Positions 39,706 to 52,481 of a stretch of 64,000 bases of DNA are shown here, one piece after another. Source of the stretch: Rotaria socialis (lineage: Eukaryota); assembly GCA_905331295.1 (NCBI GenBank), contig CAJNYD010000096.1:1-64000 (forward strand), in the 5' to 3' direction. The notes under the pieces are model-generated. The model searched no databases. It was not told where the DNA came from and saw nothing but the letters and a program-made list of their open reading frames with translations. The stretch's first letter is position 1; every line of letters begins with the position of its first letter. Made by a program: the position numbers and the translations under genes.

Positions 39706-41700
39706 ATAGAATTAAGAGATGTTTCCAGTGTTAAAAACATTCGATTGATTTGCCACACAAATGCTGAAAAATGAGAATAATTATCAAGAAAATTCTATTT
39801 TGCATCCGTGCTGTCAAGTGATTAGAAAATAAAGACTAACTTCATGAAATCCTAGTATCGAGTTTTTCTATAGTCAAGATTTTCGAATATTCTTATTCGT
39901 TTGTCTGTTATAGATCCATTTTTATTATGACTGAAATTAGATAGTTAGTCAACTGTGAATAATTATATAGGGAAAACGAGTAAGCAAAGTAAAATATCAA
40001 CTTACTTTTTGATACTGACTTAGAGCGAGCGAGTATCGTTGTTTGTCTATATATTGGTTTGTTACGAAAGGATTTTGCTGTTCTTTCTCTGGTAGAGGCC
40101 ATATTAGTAGTTGTTCTGGTGATTTCTGTTTATCTCTGTCTGGTGTGACTGATCCTCGCGACTAACAGCAGCCCATGATTGAATATTAGATGAACTAAAA
40201 TTCAGACAAGAATTTTCCAACATGGAGTCACGTTCATATTAAAATATGTATATCAGCAATAATGAAGACTTCTCTAACGTAATTGAACTTCGTCGACTTT
40301 ATTGCAATACAAGGTACATAAAGTATCTACGGAGAATTTTTCTTTGTCCATACTCACCATACATTTGAATAAAAATTCTCCTACTTGTCAGAAGAAAACG
40401 GATCCATGGCTTTTTTTTCTTCATAAATAACATAACATCACCAAAGTTGAAATAAGAAAACAAATGAATAATTATAGAATCACAAATGATGAATCTTTAG
40501 AAACGAGCAAAACAAATAAAAGCTCATTATTGAATGCAAAATACTGCAATTACCGAAAAACAAAAACAAAGTTATCAATACAAGAAACAACATAACAACA
40601 GAGTGATAAGGTGAAATAGAAAACAAAAATCTACGATAATACAACCAACAACAATGAAAAATTTATTTATTTATACACCTATGGAATGAACACATCTAAA
40701 ACATCGCAATTCTTTGTTTGTTTTTAATGATTCATCTTGAGACTGTGGGTGAATATGGATTCCATTCACCCACACATCGTCATTACTTTTAGTTATTTAC
40801 AAATCAATTTGATATTTCGCTATTAATCAAAAAAAAATATTAATTCCATCAGTTCGATGGCTTATGTTCAGCTAACATTATTCATCTTCTCAATCGAATC
40901 CTTTCGCGCGAAATTTATTTTATATTATGTGCAATACTTCTAGGCCGGATCGTTTTTTTTTGACAAAACTATTCTTCTCAATAATCTATATACGATTGGC
41001 AGGAAATTTCCCATTATTCATGATAAATAATTTCTATTATATTAACATTGATGTTCCAAAAATGGTCACTTTGAAAAAAAATCACTTTGAAAAAAAATCA
41101 CTGAGAAAATATAAAATACGTCGCATCTGTAAAAGTTTCACTTATTAAATGTATTTGACTATTACTGCTGCTGTTCGTAAAGACAAAATGACCGAATTCC
41201 GTGAATTCTGAAGCATCTATGGATTCAGAACTCAAAAGTTAATAAAGAAGGATTAAAGGAATCCCGGACTACGTGATCCAATCAACTCATGGAACCTTCC
41301 GAATGTCAGTAGCTCAGCGAATTCCGTTGACTTGAGAAACTTACCGTGCGTTGTGGCTGATGATAAAGAAATGACAACTTTCTTGGGTACGTCTGCATTT
41401 GCACTTTTATGCTCAAATAAACAATCATAGTCATCAATATATCGCTCTACATATCCATTGAGTACACCACAACACATCAAGATCCTATTACAACGTGAAA
41501 TCGACACTAGTATATAAATTTACACCTCACGACATGAAACACACAGCTTCATTCCACGCCAATCAGCACCAACATGAAGAACAGGATACTATACATATAA
41601 CCATCCGAATGAGCAGTAGAAACAATTGAAGATAATATTGAATATATAACTACCACAAAATACATGAGAATTTTAACAAAATCCAAACGTTATTTTATTT

Positions 41701-41744
41701 TATTTCGAGCTTTCGGCAAGAACTCTCACCATCATCAGGAATAT
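41701..41744 (-). ncRNA. Minimal type-I hammerhead ribozyme motif (Penelope-like-element type)
   Basis: Minus strand AUAUUC-CUGAUGA-U-GGUGAG-AGUU-CUUGCC-GAAA-GC-UC-GAAAUA: intact core, 6-bp stem II, palindromic minimal stem III (AGCU), short stem I. Confidence 0.7.
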
Positions 41745-42930
41745 TACAAAGAGAAAGAATAAGAAACATTTTTTGTAAAAGATGTAAAGACATAATAGAT
41801 GACAAATAATGATTAATATATGTAGGTGTATTTTTTTCACGTTTATATATTAGATAGCTGTTGAGTGAAGGAGTATGATATTTATTACACCTAGAGGTTA
41901 AACATAGGTGATATTAAATTCTTAAATATAAATAAACACATTGATATGATAATATATAGTTATATAATAATTATAATTTCTGTTATTTCTATGCCAAAAT
42001 TTTTAATTTATGTTTAACTTCATTTAAAGACTTACCGTAGCTATAGCGTGTGAAAAAACTGCCTTGTAGGATTCTAACTTTCCAATTTATTTCTGGGTGC
42101 GGGTGTGCTATTTATAATTCAGCCCACACCCACACACTAACAGAAATCGAAAGGATGCTGATAACGTTTTTAGTAATTTTACTCATGAATCTTGTTGCAA
42201 TATTTCTATCTTGTTTTTCTTCCTACTGCTATGCAATTTCGTTGGCTAGTCGAAACCGTTCTTATCTCGCCATGTGCGATGCTTACTAAAAAGTAATAAT
42301 CAAAAATAACGTCAAAAAACAGTTAAATTTTAGAAGAAACGTCATTTGAATAAAACGCAGAAGTGTCACCCAAAATTCGTATGAAATCTACTGAAGTATT
42401 GATCAAACCAAAAACATCATCGAACGCTGAAATTATATTTTGAGCGTGAGTAGCCTATTTTCATCATTTGAGTTGATTTCATTTTTGAAGTAAACATATT
42501 CGGTACTAATATCTAATGAGAGTAATATTACTATATGTATAAAAGCGACTTGTCAAATATAAATTTCTTGTATTTTACAGCAGCGAAAGTTAATATCTAA
42601 CTACACAATAATATAAAGAGACACTATCATTTTGACGGAATTTACTTCTGCAGAAAAACTGCAAAAGTACATTGCGTATAGGATAACTTTATATTGAATT
42701 TTACATGACATTGTGCAATTACATTAACTCACTAATATATAATGACGATAACACAACCTACAAACGTTTTATCCATTCTTCGTATAATATATACGTATCG
42801 GCTGTATAGGGTGTGGGTGCTCGGGGTATGAGTATTGGTGTTGGATTGAACTATTTGTCTTCAGCCACGCCCAGCCACAAGCACACCCACAACGACACCC
42901 ACACCCTCAAGAATATTTTTATGGTAGGTA

Positions 42931-43682
42931 CCCACGGAAAAAAAATTAAACAAAACCGCGGTGTACTCGATCATAACCGCTGTTCAGAATAAAGCGGTTA
43001 TTAACGGTTTTCCAAACCGCGGTTCTGAATATAGCGGTTATTAACGGCTTTCCCAACCGCGGTGTACTCGGTAACAACCGTGGTTCTGAATATAGCGGTT
43101 GTTAACGGTTTTTTAAGCCGCGGTGCACTCGATAATAACCGCGGTTCTGAAAACAGCGGTTTGCATGTGAGGAATCGCGGTGAATACCAAAGTGTCAAGG
43201 AATGTTTAAGGACGCTCGAGATGTCGCGCCCCACAAATTCTGGCGAATTTTAATTATATCCCATACATAATATAAGAACTCTAAAAGACACTTTGTGGAA
43301 ATGGAGCTCGGGAGAGTTCACTACGCTGCCCCTCGAAGGGCGCTACACCTGAAACTTTCAAGGTACAGGTTATGTTCGGTACACCTGCTCCTATTGAGTC
43401 TAGTGTATCGAAAAAAACCGCGGTTTTTGGATATAACGGTAGCCAGACCATTTATGCATATAAAAAAAAACACCTAAACGGCGTTGTTCGAAACCACGGT
43501 TTTTATCGGTTTTCAAAACCGCGAAAGTCTGACCATCTATGCGTATCTCTAAACCGCGGTTCTGGGCGGTGTTAGAGATACGCATAGATGGTCTGATTTT
43601 CGCTATTCGAAAATACCGTCCGAAACCGCGGTTTTTGTGACCGGTGATTACTGCGGTGTTTTGAAAAAATTTTCTGCGTGGG
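42931..43682. mobile_element. MITE with internal AACCGCGGT repeats
   Basis: Ends CCCACGGAAAAAAAATT / AAAATTTTCTGCGTGGG; ~60-bp tandem units at 42956-43160; internal inverted repeat ACCATCTATGCGTATCTCTAA / TTAGAGATACGCATAGATGGT. Confidence 0.8.
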
Positions 43683-43733
43683 ATAATAGAGAATTTTATG
43701 CTGATTTTTTCTAAATACAAATCATCACATAAA

Positions 43734-44486
43734 TTAAAGGAGTTTCAGGAATTTTGGGTTGAGCTTGGGCATATTTTCCTTTAGGAAACAGCTCATTTTT
43801 TTAGATTTTTCAATAGGTCTCCTGCAGCCATTCTTGCAGATCCCATGCTAATTTTTTTCTAGGGTTGTAGTCCGCAGAGAGTATTTCTAGATTTTACATA
43901 TCAGCTAACCTAGAAATTCTATTTCTTGGGAGATAGCCTAACCTGAAAGTCGCCATTTTTATCAAAAATCTGCTTTTGAGACGACTGTTCTGTCAAAAAG
44001 GACTCAATTAGCGAGCTGAAATTTCTAGAGATGATAGATCTTTTAGGTCTCTATTCATGCTAAAAATTTCAAACCTTTAGCTAACTCCGATGAAAAATTA
44101 TGAGGCATCAAACTTACCAAAAAAGGGATTTTTTCGCATATATTTGGTGGTTCATAAAATTTCAATGGTTCAATATTTTCAGGCAAAAATTTTATGATGA
44201 ATAGAACTCACTGAGTTGTATATCTAAAATAAATTCCAGCTTAACCGATCGAGTAGTTCATGAGATATGATCACCTTAGGACCCACCTTGATGAGGATTA
44301 TCATTTTAGGGCTTTTCGTAAAATGTTCATGAAAGATAGAGCGATGAATATTTTTAAATCGGCTTTCGGCAAAATTCTAAGAATTATTTCCTCTACAACA
44401 TATCCAAAATCGAGCAAAATCTGACGATCTCGATTGAGCAAGGTCCCTGTTGGGCAGGTCGTGGCTTATATGGACTGGCTCATATA
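43734..44486. mobile_element. Probable non-autonomous DNA element relic
   Basis: Loosely periodic (~165-175 bp) TAG..CTA/AAAATTT motifs and a GC-richer end GGACTGGCTCATATA; no matching second terminus found. Confidence 0.4.
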
Positions 44487-44637
44487 CACGTTATTGTATA
44501 GGGACAAGGAATCATTCAATGTAAATAGTTCAATGCTAATAAAAATCTAACACTGGAATCAAACGAAAAAAAAGTTTCCTGTTTTTGTACAAATAAAAGC
44601 TGCTGATATCTTACTGATGATGATGCGCTCATAGCTC

Positions 44638-44931
44638 CCTAGGTCGAGAAATCATATTGTAAGATCTCATGAAATCTTGCATCTGATCTTATATGATCTT
44701 CCACGATCATACGAAAATCCGACAAAAAATCGTAGTTCCTGAGATCTTAGATCAGGTCGAACAATCAGATTCTTCAAAGATTGTATTAATGTGTAAGATC
44801 TTTCAAGAATATGATTGCTTGACCTGATCTAAGATCTCAGGAACTACGATTTTTTTGTCGGGTTCTTGTAAGATTTCGCCCGTATCTTGTATGTGTTTCA
44901 TGTGATCTTGTGTCAGATTTTTCGACCTTGG
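44638..44931. mobile_element. Palindromic MITE
   Basis: TIRs CCTAGGTCGAGAAATC / GATTTTTCGACCTTGG; internal near-perfect IR CGACAAAAAATCGTAGTTCCTGAGATCTTAGATCAGGTC / GACCTGATCTAAGATCTCAGGAACTACGATTTTTTTGTCG. Confidence 0.85.
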
Positions 44932-44995
44932 TCGTTGTTGCTGCACGTGTTCGTACTTGTTTCACTAGTCCGTGTCAGTCACACCCTTATTATCC

Positions 44996-45592
44996 TAGCA
45001 AGGGACTATTTCCAAGTGTTTCGCACCGTTTGCTCTAATATTTTGCTCATAGGAAGGATCCGATGAGATTATGAATAGTCTAAAAGATTTCGTGCCATTA
45101 GATTTTTCCTTCGAAGTTATGAGCGTTTTACTGAATTTTCGACCTTGGACAAGGAATTTCGAACTGAAATTTTTCCTAACAATAGATCTCATCGATGTTA
45201 GAACGTTCCAAAAGTTTCAGTTAAAGCTGATACTTTTTTTTACAGATATTGCAGATTGAAGAAAAGTCAATTTTACGATAATTTTTGGAGCATGGCCGTT
45301 TTCTTGAATCTGCAATATCTCTAAAAGAAAGTATCAGTTCTAACTGAAATTTTTGGAATGTTCTAACATCGATGAGACCTATTGTTAGGAAAAATTTCAG
45401 TTCGAAATTCCTTCATACAGTTTTTCTATAAATTCCTTGCCCAAGGTCGAAAATTCAGTAAAACGGTCATAACTTCGAAGGAAAGATCTAATGACACGAA
45501 ATCTTTTAGGATTTTCCTAACCTCATTGGATCCTTTCAATGAGCAAAATATTAGACCAAACGGTGTGAATCACTTGGTAATGTTCCCTCGTA
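44996..45592. mobile_element. Foldback MITE with Tc1/mariner-like TA-CGAGGG terminus
   Basis: Arms 44996-45265 and 45296-45592 are reverse complements along their length; flanked by TA; ends ~70 bp before the ATG at 45665. Confidence 0.85.
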
Positions 45593-45664
45593 AGTAAATA
45601 CTTGTTTTTTCTAGATTTATGATTTTAGCATAAACCTTATTTTTACTCAAGTAAATATTTAGCT

Positions 45665-48600
45665 ATGGCAAAAAGTTCATGGGATCAATTGCCACCAGAA
45701 CTGTTTCAACCGATGAAGAATATGTATGACAATGATCAACATTTCGAGACAGAATCGAAGAAGCTTAATGAGAAGAAAGATAAAATAGTAACTAAAGTAG
45801 AAGATAATCAGAAAGCGTTCGATAATATATTTGCGAAAAGCGATGATATACTACGGAAATCGGAAGAACAAATTGGAGAAATACGAAAGCTAGAGGTCAA
45901 CAAATTAAAGTTGTACGAAGAACAATTAGAAAAATTCAATGCCGCTGATCTTGAAAAATCAAAATTAGATGAATATGAAGGAAATATTGATAATTTACAG
46001 CGTGAACTTAAATTACATGAACAACAAAAAGTTGAACTCGACAAGGAACAAGAAGTAATTACGAAAGAAATGTCTCAAATACAGTCGACTCAAGCTGAAT
46101 TGCGGCGCCAATTAGAGAAAGTCAAAGAAGAACTTCTCAAAAACGAAAATCTTCTCTCGGAAGCGATAGACGAACGTCAAAGATGTGAAAAAAAAGTCGA
46201 AGAACTTCGAAAATTAATCGAAAGCATCGAAGAAAATATCAATAGAAATAAAAAACAACTCGAAGAATTAATGGCAAAACAACGTGAGTTAGAAAATCAG
46301 CGAAAAGATTTAGAAAAGCAAATCGATCAACTAAATGCCCATATCATTAACTTGGAAGCACTTCTGCGAGACAAGGAAGCTAAAGTTGCTCGTCTTGAAC
46401 AAGAAGTTCGCGATTTGCAAGAGAAAATAAAAGATTTAGAAAAAGAAGTTGAGCAAATACGAGAAAAAATCGAAACTGTTAGGGAAAAAATCGAGAAACT
46501 CAATCAAGAAATGGTCACAAGTGAGCGGAAATTTGAAGAACTAGAAAGAGAGCGGAAAGCGTTGGAGATGGAACAACGTCAACTTGAAAAAACGCTTCAA
46601 ACTCTGGAAAACGAAAAAACTGATCGAACAAATAAACTCAACAGACTTCAGCAAAAGTTATCAGCGATAGAGGATTTATTTAATCGTGCTGAAACTAAAC
46701 TGGCACAGCTACAAGTGCAAAAGGAACAGCAAACAGCAGCGCTCGAATCACTTGAAACTGAACGTAATCGATTGGAAGATCAAAAAATTAAACAAACTGA
46801 TGAAACGAATGTCTTACGTGAACAAAAAGAAGCTGCAATCCAAGAGCGACAAACGGCCGAAAGTGAACATAAAGAAGTTGAGAAAGCGTTGCAAAATGCA
46901 CAACAAAAAGAACGTGATTTAGATCGTCAACGTGAAAAGGCAATAAGTGATGAAAGACGTATTCAATCACAACTTGATCGAGCTATTAATGAAGAGAGAG
47001 AAGCAGAAAGAGAGATGAACGCTGCTAAATCTCGACTGCCTGGTATGGAGTCAAAAGAAACGTTGTGGAATTTGGTTGGCGCGATCTTTCCGCCGTTATC
47101 AGGTTTCGCCCAAAGCGAAGTACAAAAAGTAAACAGAGCTCGCAATGAACTGGATGCAGCTAGTAGGCGATACGATGACAAAAAGAAAGAAGTAAATGAC
47201 CTTCGCAATAAACACTCAGAAGCACAAACTAATCGTAAGGATGCTGTTAAACAATTTGAAAATGCAAGAAAAGATGTTGCAAGTCAGCAAAGAACTGCCG
47301 TAATGAAATTTCAACAATTTAACGTGTGTAAAGCAAAGACCGATCGCTTGAGTGAAGAACATCGAAACTCACTTCGAAGACAACAGCAAACAGAAGCAAG
47401 CTTTCGTATGGCTTCTATTCATCTTCAAAAAGCTCAGACACAACTTGCCAGTACTACTAATGAAGTACAACGATATGAACAAGAAAAGGCAACACATGGA
47501 AATCAAGTTAATGACTTGAAAAATAATGCAGAGCAGATGAGAGATGACATCAATCGGCATCAGAGAACTATTGATGAACATCGCACTCTCATGGAAGAGA
47601 GACGAGGAATTTTAATGGAAAATAAACTCCAATGTCAACTAGAACAAACTAAGATACAACTTCTGAAAGGTATGTGCATATATACGTATGTGATTTCTTA
47701 CTATACGAATTCGAATTAATATCTTTCGCATGATAGTCGAGACTTCTAATCTAATATTTATCTATAAGATACTTTTCATATAATAACACGGAGGCATTTC
47801 GTTTAAGGTGAAAACGAAAATCTGAAACGTCAACATGGTGATTTAACCAACACGGAAAAGGCCAGAGTCCGAGAAATGACATACCAAAACGAAGTACTTC
47901 AATCAGAATTGAAAACAGCTGATGAATTGAAGAACGACATTAGTACGAAGAAAGAAAACTTGAAAACTCTTACAGAACAATTGGTTGTGACCAAAACAGA
48001 CTTGGAAAACGTTGCTATAGAAAGTAAACGACTGAAAGACGAAAAAGTCGCGCTTAGTCAAGAACTTCAACAATCTAAAGCCGACTTGGTTCAAGCCGAA
48101 CAGAAATATCGTGAAGCTAATCGAAACTATCTCGCACAAAAGAATAAGGCCGAAACCCTCCGCCAAAATGCTGAAATGTTAGAGAAACGAGATGTACAAA
48201 TATCAAGTAATTTACAATTCGTTCAAGAAAAATTGAAAAAACACAATCTACAAATTGATGAAAAGAAAGTTGCAGTCAGTGAAACTACTGGCAATATTAA
48301 TGCTGAGCGATTAAGGTTACAGAATGCACAGCAAACAGTTGAAAAAGCGCAGCAAGATCTCGAAACAATGAAGGAAAGTATAAAATCCATCAACGAACAA
48401 ATCGACAATAAAAATAAGAGTTACAGTGAATTAAATAAGGAGCTCGACGAATGCCACAAGAGCGCAGACATAACCGAAGCAGCAAGAAAGAACAATTTGG
48501 AACGCCTTGAAAAAGCTAATATCGCATTGTTACAACTTCAGGCAGACTATGACGAACGGACGAATCAATATGCTGAGAAAATAGAAAATATTGAGAAAAT

Positions 48601-48688
48601 CAAAAATGCTAATAAATTAAACCAACCTGTTCCGCAAACAGTATCTAACAACAACGTTGTGAAAAAACAAGAAAATAAACTAACATGA
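45665..48688 (+). CDS. 961-aa long coiled-coil protein with a central hydrophobic segment
   Basis: Exons 45665-47669 and 47808-48688 (phase-1 GT-AG intron). Continuous heptad-like E/K/Q/L sequence; the only apolar stretch is LWNLVGAIFPPLSGF (aa 467-481). Confidence 0.85.
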
Positions 48689-48905
48689 TCTATGCATCTA
48701 TATGCTTGACTAGAATAATCCATTTTCCATTGCTTTCTATTCTTTATTCTTGAGCGATTTTTGCTTTGTTTTATTTTATAGTATTTATTTTGGAAGTTGA
48801 ACTTTCGGATAACAACTACTCAACATAAATAGTTTTTTTTTGTTTACATTAATTATCATGGTTTTGCTTTTTTTTTATAGATAATTGCACATTTAGCTTT
48901 AAAAA

Positions 48906-51900
48906 ATGTCAGACAATAGTTCTGATGATGACTTTACCCCGGAAGCATTTCAAGAAAGATCAACAGACACGACAATCAATTTTGTTGTACAAAAATTACT
49001 TCCACCATTGGAACCGGTTACTTTAAATTCGATTGTTCTGAATATTTATATTAAATTTGACAAAGGCAAACAAGTAGAGGCATTCATAGAAGAATTAAAG
49101 CAACCAAATGAAAATCTTCACAAAGGCGCTGATGGACAATATGTTTCAACCCTTCATCAATATGCACTCGAATCAACACGGGGTCCAATTGATATGAGCA
49201 ATCAAAGCGTGCGTTTGATCTATCAACCGAATTTGTTTACACGAAGAAATGACGCATTTGGACCGTGGAATTTCAATTATTTACTAACACTCCTTGCACT
49301 CGACTATCAATGTGACCACGATAGTAAATTTCAATTTCCTCCTGTCTGGAAAACAAATTCAAAAACACAAGTTCATGTGGTTGTTAAAAATATTCAAAAC
49401 GAAATAACTACATCGCCGGAAACTGCAAGCTCGACTACAGTGTCTACAAAAAAGGAAGATGTTACACTCGAAAGTTTTCTAAAAACTATCTGTCGACAAA
49501 ATCAACGCGACGAAAACAGTGTCACAAGTTGGTTAACAGCACTTCAAGGTACGACTATTTACATTTGAGATCGACTTGAATTTTATGAATGCTCAATCTT
49601 GGCTTCTATAAAGCTACACAAATCATTAACTCTGCCAAACGAATGAATATTTTTCTATTTTTTCTAGAGGAAAGTATTACTACTGTTCAGCATCTTCGCA
49701 GTGCAGTAGCTAATGAAAGATGTTGGGAGAGTCTGCAATCACCCAAACTGTTAATTAAACAAATGATACGAGATTATATTCAATTGAATGATTCTTCAAG
49801 CAAATCTCAAGAAACTCAAAGCCTCTATAAAGATTCCGATGCAACTCTAATCGGTGACATTCATCGAATTCGACGTTATTTTCATTACGTTACTAAAACA
49901 GAACAATATATACCCTATCTTGATCCTGATGCAGTGGATAAGACCATTAATGAAATTCGAAAAACATATGATGATGATGGAAATGTTCTACACAATATTC
50001 ATCAATATTTAAAAACATTTTGTATTAAAAATAAAAACATCGATTTAGAAGCACACAAAAAGCGAAAGCAAGAATGGACTGACGAACAAAAAAGATTGGA
50101 AGAAGAAGTTAAAACATTTCGTAAGGAAATTTTAATCTCTGAAGAAGAAGCTAAAGGAGCACAAACAAAAGTTAGAGTTTGCCAACAGCACTTTATCAAT
50201 GCTGAAAAAGAAAAAGAAATTGCCTTGAAGGAAGCTGAAAAGCTCAATGCCGAAGCAGCTACCTTAAATTGGAGTCAGGATCTAACAGCATGGACTAGAA
50301 AACGAGACCAAGCAAAAGAAAAAGTAGGCAAAGCTACGCAGGACGTTGAAAAAGTGCAACGTCAATTGGAAATTGCACAAGCCAAACTTGCTGTACACAC
50401 TGAACCCATACGTCGAAAGAAAAATACAATTGCTGAAAATGAAGAAAAAATTCGAGGCTTAACGACTTTTCTCAAGATCGATCCAATTGAAGCACAAAAA
50501 AAATTAAATGTTAAATACGGACGAGGATTACTTCTCTATGGACCTCCAGGAACAGGTAAATCTGAACTATTAAAACGAGCAGCTACATTTGCTGGTATTA
50601 CGATGACTACAACAGCTCTAGCTGCTGGCGAATTAAATCGCCCATATGTTGGTGAAACTGAACGATTGCTTGTTGATATAATGTCTCGAGCGAATACGAT
50701 TCCATATTTGATTTGCGCTATGACAATTGATGAGATCGATGGACTTGTTCCAAAAAGAACAAATAATGCTCAACAATCAAAAGTCGATGGAATTAGTGTT
50801 TTACTTTCTCATATTGAAGGTGTTAAAAATATTCAAAATTTAATTGTACTTGGTGCAACTAATCGAAAAAATATGATGGATGAAGCATTTTTACGTCGGA
50901 TGCAATCAAAATGTTTTGTTGGTCGACCATCACCACAAATTCGAAGAAAAATGCTTGAACCATTGCTATATCTTGATGCGAATATGTTTAATGAGAAATG
51001 TATGGATTTTCTTGTTAAAATAACAACAAATTTTAGTGGTGCTGCTGTTGGTGCATTAAAATCTAGTATTGTTGTTGCCATGGATAGTTATAAAAGTACA
51101 AATTTAACAAACAAAGTGTTTCTTGATCTAGCTGATAATACAGCACGAGAATTTAGTTGTTGGTTTGGCATTGGAACATTACCAGAGATTTGTCGTCTCT
51201 ATCCAAACATATTTTCATCAAATGATCAGCAAGAAAAATATTCACTTAAATTACCAGATAGTCTTCCGACAGGTCGTATTCTTATCGATTTAGACAGTCG
51301 AAAACGTTATATCGAATTCAAAACTGAGCCAACAATTGAAGATGATCTAGATCAAGAAGAAACGTCTACAATGACTTTAGTTTCACGATTTATTAGTGGT
51401 TGTTTCAGTCGAAATATTGATGCGATTCAAATAATTGATTTAAATTTTTTAACAAAAAATAATGCATTTGAAGATAGTGGAAAATTTGAACTTTTAACAA
51501 CAATATTCGATGGTAATCAATTATTAAAATGCTTCTATTATTTTCTTTTTGTTTAATTTTGAATATTTTCTATTTAGAATGTGAAGAATACAATCGATCC
51601 ATGCTAGTGTTTGATATTGATTCGTTGATTATGCTTAATGTGACTGATTCAGCAATGTCACCATCAACTTCGATATCGAATATACAATTATATCAATGCA
51701 TTCGAGAAAAATGTAAGAGAGCTGTTGTTGAACGAAATTCAACGGATGAAAGGGTAAAAATTATTTTTCAAATAAGATTTGAAAAACATTTGATTCTTTC
51801 TGTTTAAAGACACAAACGGATATGACGTTTTGGAAAGAAAAATGGATAGTGATGATTGTTAAAAATCCATATCTTCGTAAACACTTAGTTGATGAGATCG

Positions 51901-52481
51901 AATTTAAAAAGACACTTCAGGAAACTCAACAAAAACATGAAGATGAACAAAAACGAATCGATAATGAAACCGTTACATTATGTCCTAAATGTTTACAAAG
52001 TTATATTCCATCCAAAGTCGACCATGGAAGTTGTCGGTATCACAATGGATACATTATCGATCTTGACAATCCAACTAAGATTTTGACTCAAGATGACGCT
52101 CAACAAATAATACAACGCGTCGCATTAGACGCAGCTATGACTACTAATAATGAAAATCCGAATCAAAAGGCAGCAATGCCGTTCTTGTATTGGGCCTGCT
52201 GTTCAAGTACTTTTATGAGTGGCCAACCGTGTAAAATCGGTACTTGTGGACTACCTGAAACAATGAAAGGACAAACAATCGGTCCAAATGAAGATTTGAT
52301 ACTTTTAGTTCAAAAACATTTTCAGGAAGATCAACAAATTAAGGAAAATGCTGCTAGACTTGTAAAACATTACCAAGAGAAAAAACGATCTATACGATCA
52401 ACTGCACAAACAACAACCAATATTCGAGCTCCATCATCATCATCGTCATCGACAGTTTCTTCACTCACCCAACGAAAATAA
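48906..52481 (+). CDS. 1111-aa NSF/classic-clade AAA+ ATPase with coiled coil, degenerate second AAA-like region and C-terminal Cys/His zinc module
   Basis: Exons 48906-49548, 49668-51512, 51578-51753, 51810-52481, phase-consistent. RGLLLYGPPGTGKS (Walker A), YVGETE pore loop, IDEIDG (Walker B), GATNR..MDEAFLRR (SRH), MLVFDIDSL, CPKC..Y..CRYH.G...YWACC..PC. Confidence 0.88.

Noticed and set aside
41253..41640. Penelope RT or GIY-YIG remnant next to the hammerhead
   Set aside because: Only vague resemblance (NGY...VPKKVVISL) and no catalytic motifs; it needs a TBLASTN or HMM search.
43001..45597. ORFs inside the 43-45.6 kb repeats
   Set aside because: They lie within MITE arms, and mirror-image ORFs arise from the inverted repeats.
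45665..48688. SMC, myosin tail or tropomyosin
   Set aside because: No Walker A/B head, hinge domain or motor domain; the similarity would be compositional only.
48906..52481. True NSF/Sec18 ortholog
   Set aside because: No recognisable NSF N-domain or D2 Walker A, and it carries extra coiled-coil and zinc modules.
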